From IMG/VR virus record IMGVR_UViG_3300025530_000002: 64,000 bases of DNA. One strand, written 5' to 3'. The notes under the pieces are model-generated. The model saw only the letters and a list, made by a program, of their open reading frames with translations, searched no databases and was not told the DNA's origin. This DNA is from a virus. Below are positions 58,608-64,000 of the stretch, piece by piece; position 1 is the stretch's first letter; the number at the start of each line of letters is the position of its first letter. The translations under genes were made by a program, and so were the position numbers.

Positions 58608-58921
58608 GGGTTGGTTTCCTCTGGTCTGACTTTCTCCCCGGTCGGCTCGATGGTGAAGTCGTGCCAACAGATGCGACCGGCACGGGTGTAGATGCGGTCA
58701 CGCGGCACCGCGTCAGCGGCCTGGACGTACACAACCTCACCGGTCCGGAATCCGTGCGGCCCGATCCGGCCCGCCTTCCAGCCCGGCCCCCGGCCGGTGA
58801 TGCGGCAGGCGGCCCAAAGGACGCCGTTGTCGCGGTAGACGACTCGAACAACGGCGGGGGCGTACCCGTGCAGGCGAACAGCGGCTCCCTTGCGGCAAAC
58901 GGTATGGCGGGTTTTGGTCAT
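58604..58921 (-). CDS. Hypothetical protein (105 aa)
   Basis: ATG at 58921 with GAGGAGACC upstream. Confidence 0.6.
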   Translation of the reverse strand: MTKTRHTVCRKGAAVRLHGYAPAVVRVVYRDNGVLWAACRITGRGPGWKAGRIGPHGFRTGEVVYVQAADAVPRDRIYTRAGRICWHDFTIEPTGEKVRPEETNP

Positions 58922-58938
58922 GGTCTCCTCTTGATTGG

Positions 58939-59220
58939 TCAGGCACCATGCGCGATGGCCTTGGCAAGCGAGCGGGCGGTGGCCTCGGTGTCGCAGTCGG
59001 CCCGCCAGTCCCACCAGCCGTCCTCCGGCGCGTACTTCGAGGTCCGCCACTCGTAAACGGACCAGAACTCGGCAGACGCGGCGCTCCATGCAGGCTCGAC
59101 GATGCCGTCGTCGCGCTCCACTCGTGGACCGTAGGAGGCCGCTGCGGCAGGGCCTTGCACGAGCACGTCGGGGGCGGGAGGCTGGCGCGGTGCTACGGAG
59201 GTTGCGGCGTTTTTGGTCAT
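58939..59220 (-). CDS. Hypothetical Trp-rich protein (93 aa)
   Basis: ORF with FWSVYEWRTSKYAPEDGWWDWRADC. Confidence 0.55.
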   Translation of the reverse strand: MTKNAATSVAPRQPPAPDVLVQGPAAAASYGPRVERDDGIVEPAWSAASAEFWSVYEWRTSKYAPEDGWWDWRADCDTEATARSLAKAIAHGA

Positions 59221-59232
59221 GGTCCGGTCTTC

Positions 59233-59826
59233 TCACGCGCTGAAAAAGTGCATCTGGCCGTCGGCGCCGTACTCGGCCCACCAGCCGTCGGTCTTCAGGT
59301 CGCGGGCGTAGGCGGCGTAGTCAAAGTAGTACTGCAGGTGCTCGGGCACCTCGGCCAGCGCGCCGGTTTCCTCCAGCAGCCGCGCGGCGAAGTCCTCCCA
59401 ACTCTCGGCGGTTCCGTAGTAGGCGTCCTCAAAACCCTCGACCGAGCCGGTGCTGTCCAGCCAAACGCGCATGGCCTCGCCGTGCTTTGAGATGGCTTCG
59501 GCCACCTCGATCAGCCGCTCGATGCTGGGGTATTCGCCGAGGTTCGGGAAATCATCGTAGTCGTGAACCGCCCACTCCTCGGCGCTCGGCACCTTGCCGG
59601 TGCTCCCGCAACGAAGACAGCCATCGGCCTTGTGGGGATCACGATTCGCGTTGCCGGTGCCGTCGCACTCGGGGCAGTCCACTTCGACGTTCGGACACGG
59701 CGACCGTCGCAGCATGTCCGCGATCTTCTCGCGGAGGTCGTCAGCATCCAGGCCGTCCAGGTCGATCCACTCGCCATGCAGGATGCCGGCGTTGTATGAA
59801 GCAAGACACGCGATGTACACGCGCAT
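59233..59826 (-). CDS. ardA: Antirestriction protein ArdA with an inserted CxxCxGxG zinc-finger pair
   Basis: MRVYIACLASYNAGILHGEWIDL, EEWAVHDYD and LLEETGALAEVPEHLQYYFDYAAYARDL align by eye with Tn916 Orf18-type ArdA. The insert CPNVEVDCPECDGTG-x15-CLRCGSTG spans nt 59593-59697. Confidence 0.8.
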   Translation of the reverse strand: MRVYIACLASYNAGILHGEWIDLDGLDADDLREKIADMLRRSPCPNVEVDCPECDGTGNANRDPHKADGCLRCGSTGKVPSAEEWAVHDYDDFPNLGEYPSIERLIEVAEAISKHGEAMRVWLDSTGSVEGFEDAYYGTAESWEDFAARLLEETGALAEVPEHLQYYFDYAAYARDLKTDGWWAEYGADGQMHFFSA

Positions 59827-59861
59827 GGGATAGTCTCCGTTGGTCTTTCACTTGCGCCGCT

Positions 59862-61232
59862 TCACTTCTTGTACTCCTTGATCAATTCAAGGAAGTCACC
59901 CATCTTCTGGGAGCGGCTGTTGAGCTTGTCGTAGACCGGCTCTTCCACCGTGCCGCGCGCGCACACCAGCAGCAGGTTCGTGGCCTGGGTCTGACCGCCG
60001 CGGTACACCCGGTGCTTGATCTGCTTGAGCACGTCAGCCTCGTAGATCGGTGAACTGACGATCGCTGTCGTGCCGCGGGTCAGGGTCAGGCCATGGGCGC
60101 CCGTACGCGGGTGCATGAGCAGCGTGCGGTACTTGCCGTCCTGGTAGGCCTTGACGATGTCCGCGCGTTCCCGGTCCTTGGTGTCGCCATCCAGGACGGC
60201 GAAAGAGATCCCTGCGCGGTCGAAGTACTCCGACAACAGGTCGCGCTGGTGCTTCCAGTTGAAGAACGTCAGGCTGTGCTCACGCTCCAGCACCAGCTCG
60301 GTGATCAGCTCGTACCGGAACGGGTCGACCACCTCGTACTCGTTCGGCCCGTAGTACACCGCGCCAGAGCACAGCTGCAGGAGCTTGTTGCGCACTTGCG
60401 CAGCGTGCACGGCGGTGATGTCGTGCTGCTCCAGCTGCAAGATCGACGTGCGCTCCAGCTCGTCGTACATCTTGCGCAGCTTGTTGGACAGCGGGAAGTA
60501 CTTCATGTCGACGTGGTTCTCGGGCACGTCGCGCATCACTTCCTCGAACGTGTGCCGCACCGTGACGTCACGGAGCAGGTGCATGGCCACGTCGTGAGCG
60601 TCCGGGCGGTCCTCCCAACGCACGTGGTTGGCCATGGGGCCGACCTGGCGAGCGACCTGGACGGCGTTGCGCCACCGCGTCCAGGACCGCCCCAGCCGCT
60701 CGCCCCGGTCGATGATCATCATCGGCGTGTGCAGTTCGGTCACACTGATCGGGCACGGCGTGCCTGACAGCCCGAAACGCCAGTCGAAGTGCGGCGACAG
60801 CTTGACCGCCATCTTCGAGCGCTGGCTGACCGGGTGCTTGTACCCGGTCACCTCGTCGATGATCAGGTGGTCGAACTCCGACAGCAGCTGGGCCAGCTCG
60901 CGGGGCTTGAGCTTGGCCAGATCCCGAACGCCGTCCAGGTTCATGATCACGATGTCGGTATCGACGGCGAAGGCCGCGAGCCGGTTCCGGGCGTCCGCAA
61001 TGGAGTAGGTCAGATGCGGGAAGAACCGCTCAATGTCGCTGCCCCAGGCACTTTGCATCAGCGTCTTGGGACACAGCACCAGACAACGACCGGCAGAGGG
61101 GCGCTGGTTGTAGATGTACAGGTGTGTCAGCGTCTTGCCGGTGCCGGGGTCGGACATGTCGTACCCGATCCGGGTCCGGGAGAACTTCTCGTACGTGTAC
61201 TCTTGATGCTTCCAGAGCTTGGGCTGAGACAT
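59862..61232 (-). CDS. SNF2/DEAD-like superfamily 2 helicase
   Basis: Walker A DPGTGKT, motif II LIIDEVTGYK, and a C-terminal helicase domain (LLMHPRTGAHGLTL...YRGGQT). Confidence 0.75.
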   Translation of the reverse strand: MSQPKLWKHQEYTYEKFSRTRIGYDMSDPGTGKTLTHLYIYNQRPSAGRCLVLCPKTLMQSAWGSDIERFFPHLTYSIADARNRLAAFAVDTDIVIMNLDGVRDLAKLKPRELAQLLSEFDHLIIDEVTGYKHPVSQRSKMAVKLSPHFDWRFGLSGTPCPISVTELHTPMMIIDRGERLGRSWTRWRNAVQVARQVGPMANHVRWEDRPDAHDVAMHLLRDVTVRHTFEEVMRDVPENHVDMKYFPLSNKLRKMYDELERTSILQLEQHDITAVHAAQVRNKLLQLCSGAVYYGPNEYEVVDPFRYELITELVLEREHSLTFFNWKHQRDLLSEYFDRAGISFAVLDGDTKDRERADIVKAYQDGKYRTLLMHPRTGAHGLTLTRGTTAIVSSPIYEADVLKQIKHRVYRGGQTQATNLLLVCARGTVEEPVYDKLNSRSQKMGDFLELIKEYKK

Positions 61233-61255
61233 AGGGCGTCCGTACTGCGGTCAAG

Positions 61256-61498
61256 TTACGATGGGCACCGCAACCGCGAAAGGATGAAGTCTTTGTTGTT
61301 GAGGAACAGCAGCAGCGCCTGAGTCAGCGGATCGCCGGACTCGAAGTACATCTCGTACTCTTCGCCTTTGATCACTGCGATCAGCTTGCCGTCCTTCACG
61401 AACCAGCCGGCGTTCGGCACCTTGGACAGGTACTGCTCCATTTGCTTCGCAAGATCGTCGACGATGTTGTTCACGATCGTTTGGTAACGATTGGCCAT
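61256..61498 (-). CDS. Hypothetical protein (80 aa)
   Basis: ATG at 61498 in an ATGA overlap. MANRYQTIVNNIVDDLAKQ... Confidence 0.6.
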   Translation of the reverse strand: MANRYQTIVNNIVDDLAKQMEQYLSKVPNAGWFVKDGKLIAVIKGEEYEMYFESGDPLTQALLLFLNNKDFILSRLRCPS

Positions 61499-61920
61499 CA
61501 GAACCTCGGCAACATACCCTCGTAGCTGTGGTCGAACTCCGCCGGCAGATGCAACAGCCGCGCGCGCAGCCGGGCTTTGATCCAGTCCTCCAGCACCAGC
61601 TGCTTGTAGCGCTGGCAGTGGGTAAGGAACTCGGACAGCTCGATCACGGCGTTCTGTAGCGACTGCGCTATGTACATCTCGTACAGCCCCAGGTTGTCCG
61701 CGTCCTTGCCGGTCAGCGTCTCCTGCGCGGCCTGCTCGGCGGCCAGCAGCCGCTCGGTCAGGTACTCGCCCGCCCACTCCATGATGTCCTTGGGCGGCAG
61801 CTGCCCGGCACGCAGGCTGGATGCGCTCATGGCGAGCAGGGCGTCGGCCGCTGCGCGCGTCAGCCGCTGCAGCGTCTGCGCGTTGCGCGGCTGGAAGTCG
61901 TGTACGGAAGATTCGGTCAT
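61498..61920 (-). CDS. Hypothetical protein (140 aa)
   Basis: ATG at 61920. Confidence 0.6.
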   Translation of the reverse strand: MTESSVHDFQPRNAQTLQRLTRAAADALLAMSASSLRAGQLPPKDIMEWAGEYLTERLLAAEQAAQETLTGKDADNLGLYEMYIAQSLQNAVIELSEFLTHCQRYKQLVLEDWIKARLRARLLHLPAEFDHSYEGMLPRF

Positions 61921-61928
61921 GGTGTCTC

Positions 61929-62612
61929 CTAGCAGGCCGCTACAGGGCACGCGCCGCTACCCCTGCTGCTGAAGGGGCAGAAGCGGCAGTTGTCAACGCT
62001 CGGGCGAGGGCGGAAGGTCTTGTCGTTGAACATGACATCGACCTCCGCGTCCCAATTGGCGAGCGCTTTCTCCAACTGGGCCTCGGTGAACGTGATGGTC
62101 CACACGTCCTTCTTGTCCAGGTAGTACAGCTCGTTGATGTACTCCGGCATGCCGGGATACACCCGCCAGGCCGCCACGCTGTACAGCTCCATCTGCTTGA
62201 AGTGGAAATATTCGTTGCCGTACCGGCGACCGGTCTTCCAGTCACCGGTAAGCACGAATCCGTCCTGCTCGGCCACCACCAGCACGTCCTGGGTCAGCTG
62301 CAGCCAATGGCCCTCGTACGTCGGGTGCTGCAGCCACCGGTTGTTCAGGTACATAGGGACTTCGGCCTGCGCGCCACGTTCGACGAGCGCCGCGACGATG
62401 TCACTGAAGTCCTTGGCGAACGCCGGCACTTCCGTCTCCTGGAGCACTGCCGCGCGCATCTGGTCGTGTACGCGGATGCCGCGCTGTCGGGCCTCTTCGG
62501 ACTTCGGGTCCGGCGGCGGCTCGGGACAACGCTCGATGTACTTCAGCTTCACCGCCATCGGGCACTGCTTGTACATCTTCCACTTCTTGAAGCTCCAATG
62601 AGGGGCGAGCAT
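61929..62612 (-). CDS. Cas4/RecB-like PD-(D/E)XK exonuclease with a Cys cluster
   Basis: One N-terminal Cys (YKQCP) plus C-terminal CRFCP...GACP. Nuclease core VLTGDWKTG...ELY. Confidence 0.65.
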   Translation of the reverse strand: MLAPHWSFKKWKMYKQCPMAVKLKYIERCPEPPPDPKSEEARQRGIRVHDQMRAAVLQETEVPAFAKDFSDIVAALVERGAQAEVPMYLNNRWLQHPTYEGHWLQLTQDVLVVAEQDGFVLTGDWKTGRRYGNEYFHFKQMELYSVAAWRVYPGMPEYINELYYLDKKDVWTITFTEAQLEKALANWDAEVDVMFNDKTFRPRPSVDNCRFCPFSSRGSGACPVAAC

Positions 62613-62681
62613 CAGAACACGGTCTCCATGTAGGTTCTGGTGGAATTGTACCCCAGCAGCGACGGCTGTGTCACTTGTCGT

Positions 62682-62987
62682 TCATGGCTTGCCCTCCTTC
62701 CTTCGCAGTAGGGCGCGGGCACGCTCAAACGCTCGCATCGGTGCTTCAGGACTGAAGCCTAGGTGCCGATACACGTCTGCCGATGGAATCCAACTGACCA
62801 GTTCTGCCAGCGCTTCCCGCAATGCCTTGACCTCGGCCTGCAGCGGGGCGACAGCGTGGGCGATGTTGGCGCGGGCGTAGTCCTTCATCTGATCGGGGCT
62901 GTAAGGACCATAGCGCTTTTCCCAAAGCCCTTCATCGTCAACGTAGTCCTCCGCGGGAAGCGGCAGCAGCTCAACCTCGGTGGTCAT
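62682..62987 (-). CDS. Hypothetical early protein, MTTE-LLPLP/DYARAN paralogue
   Basis: ATG at 62987 after CAGGAGCC. MTTEVELLPLPAED...MKDYARANIAHAVAPLQAEVKALREALAELVSWIPSADVYRHLGF. The C-terminus is paralogous to 1325..1756. Confidence 0.7.
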   Translation of the reverse strand: MTTEVELLPLPAEDYVDDEGLWEKRYGPYSPDQMKDYARANIAHAVAPLQAEVKALREALAELVSWIPSADVYRHLGFSPEAPMRAFERARALLRRKEGKP

Positions 62988-63562
62988 GTCGTTGGCTCCT
63001 GGTGCTGGGTGGCGTGGGCGGCGGCCAGCAGGTCGTACATCATCTCCGCCCACATCATTTTGGTCGCCCGATCCGCTTTGTCCCATTGGACGTACCAGTG
63101 CCGACAGGCGCGCTCCACCATCGCCTCATCCACGACTGCGGGCCGCTGATTATGCTGTTCCTCGAAGTAGGTGCTCAGTGCGACGTGCATGTCCACGTCA
63201 TCTTCGAGGTATTCGATCACCTGGGCGGGTGTGGCGCGCTTCAGTGCGTAGCCAAGCTCGGTAGCGGTGATGCCGGTGGTCTGTCCTGCGCTTGGCACTG
63301 CGGACTCCTGGTCGCGCAGCAGGTACTCCCTGGCCGCAGCAAACGCATCTGCGCCCGTGCGAATCGTCACGGTCGTGTCACCGTCTCCTTCAACGATGCG
63401 GTCAAGGATTCGGTTCAGCCTCTCGATCTCGGCTTGTAGCGTGGCGGTGGCGTGGGCGATGTTAGCGCGGGCGTAGTCCTCCATCTGATCGTAGCTCCAC
63501 GCTTGATACATCCCAATGGCCTCGGGCTTCGGCATCGGCAGCAACTCAACCTCGGTGGTCAT
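62984..63562 (-). CDS. Hypothetical early protein, MTTE-LLPMP/DYARAN paralogue
   Basis: ATG at 63562 with GGAGGGACGGGAA upstream. MTTEVELLPMPKPE...MEDYARANIAHATATLQAEIERL. Ends in ATQHQEPTT. Confidence 0.7.
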   Translation of the reverse strand: MTTEVELLPMPKPEAIGMYQAWSYDQMEDYARANIAHATATLQAEIERLNRILDRIVEGDGDTTVTIRTGADAFAAAREYLLRDQESAVPSAGQTTGITATELGYALKRATPAQVIEYLEDDVDMHVALSTYFEEQHNQRPAVVDEAMVERACRHWYVQWDKADRATKMMWAEMMYDLLAAAHATQHQEPTT

Positions 63563-63702
63563 TTCCCGTCCCTCCACGCGATCAGCGCCTGCGTCAGTCT
63601 TTCTACGCCGTCGGACACGACTTCCACGACGAACCACGCGACTGCGGCAATTGGCAGGAGCAGAAGGAGCAGCGGGGTAATCACCCACCATCGCCAATTC
63701 AT
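63559..63702 (-). CDS. Small membrane protein (47 aa, below the ORF-track cutoff)
   Basis: ATG at 63702. MNWRWWVITPLLLLLLPIAAVAWFVVEVVSDGVERLTQALIAWRDGK. Stop in an ATGA overlap. Confidence 0.5.
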   Translation of the reverse strand: MNWRWWVITPLLLLLLPIAAVAWFVVEVVSDGVERLTQALIAWRDGK

Positions 63703-63725
63703 TACGGTGCGTTCAAGTCTCCGGT

Positions 63726-63968
63726 TCACGTTGCCGGCTCCTGGTGCTGGGTGGCGAGAGCGAGAACCTTGCGCGCAAGCCTCCGGTAGTAGTCCCTATA
63801 GGGTCCGGGATGCTTGATGTCGGCAACGGTCCACGGATCGCCAGTTGCTTCCTCGTACAGCAGGGCGGCGATACGCTCCACCAGCGCCTCTTCCACGATT
63901 GCGGACCGCTGTTGCGCGGCGGCGAGGGCTGCTCTTGCGCGCTCGATGACTTTTGGTCTCTCCTCCAT
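63726..63968 (-). CDS. Hypothetical early protein ending in the conserved TQHQEP junction
   Basis: 80-aa ORF. C-terminal ATQHQEPAT is encoded by the conserved CAGCACCAGGAGCC. Confidence 0.6.
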   Translation of the reverse strand: MEERPKVIERARAALAAAQQRSAIVEEALVERIAALLYEEATGDPWTVADIKHPGPYRDYYRRLARKVLALATQHQEPAT

Positions 63969-64000
63969 CTCAAGACACGTCTCCAGCGCCTCGCACAGCG

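Larger units (their letters stand above)
1..64000. mobile_element. Tailed dsDNA bacteriophage genome segment; the entire window is phage DNA
   Basis: Continuous phage gene content: TerS/TerL-portal-scaffold-capsid block, muramidase plus spanins, tail-fibre genes, PolA, primase-helicase, SNF2, ArdA. No host housekeeping genes, integrase, tRNA or rRNA recognised. Confidence 0.9.

Noticed and set aside
1-64000. tRNA genes, integrase/attP and toxin-antitoxin pairs.
   Set aside because: The intergenic regions (5242-5354, 8343-8429, 11234-11335, 12725-13516, 16564-16780, 26486-26690, 50654-51064 and 51946-52073) showed no cloverleaf-like arm pattern by eye. No Tyr/Ser recombinase motifs were found, and no recognisable TA families. 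tRNAscan-SE or ARAGORN and HMM searches would be decisive.

Overview
The whole GC-rich window is tailed dsDNA phage DNA. I saw no host housekeeping genes, rRNA, tRNA, CRISPR array, integrase or reverse transcriptase. All family names come from motif recognition by eye, not from searches.

Layout:
1. 1-12724, leftward early operon. Many small translationally coupled genes, several paralogue families, a terminator-bounded accessory trio (pentapeptide-repeat protein, L,D-transpeptidase-like protein, secreted repeat protein), a PrimPol/SF3 primase-helicase and HTH proteins.
2. 12725-13516, about 790 bp of non-coding DNA. It has candidate sigma70 promoters, an AT-rich island and a dense 9-mer iteron array, so it is an ori or control-region candidate.
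3. 13517-16563, a second leftward block of small genes. It carries a 29-bp perfect repeat upstream of two genes and a heptamer array in one leader.
4. About 16.8-49.1 kb, a long rightward operon. In order: HTH protein, lysis cassette (holin candidates, muramidase, overlapped spanins), collagen-like fibre genes, TerS, TerL, portal, acidic scaffold, major capsid, about 20 virion proteins including a 2186-aa giant with an HExxH motif, then a strong terminator.
5. 49.1-50.7 kb, a leftward tail-fibre pair converging on that terminator.
6. 51.0-64.0 kb, a leftward replication and counter-defence module. It holds a J-domain protein, a VRR-NUC-like nuclease, family A DNA polymerase, ArdA with an inserted CxxCxGxG zinc finger, an SNF2-like helicase and a Cas4-like nuclease.

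The same paralogue family sits at both window edges, which suggests the leftward operon continues around a circular or permuted map.

Most interesting: the ArdA zinc-finger variant together with the stand-alone J-domain protein, the envelope and pentapeptide accessory island, the giant HExxH virion protein, the iteron/AT-rich region, the 29-bp repeat, and the modular paralogue system with a conserved CACCAGGAGCC junction.
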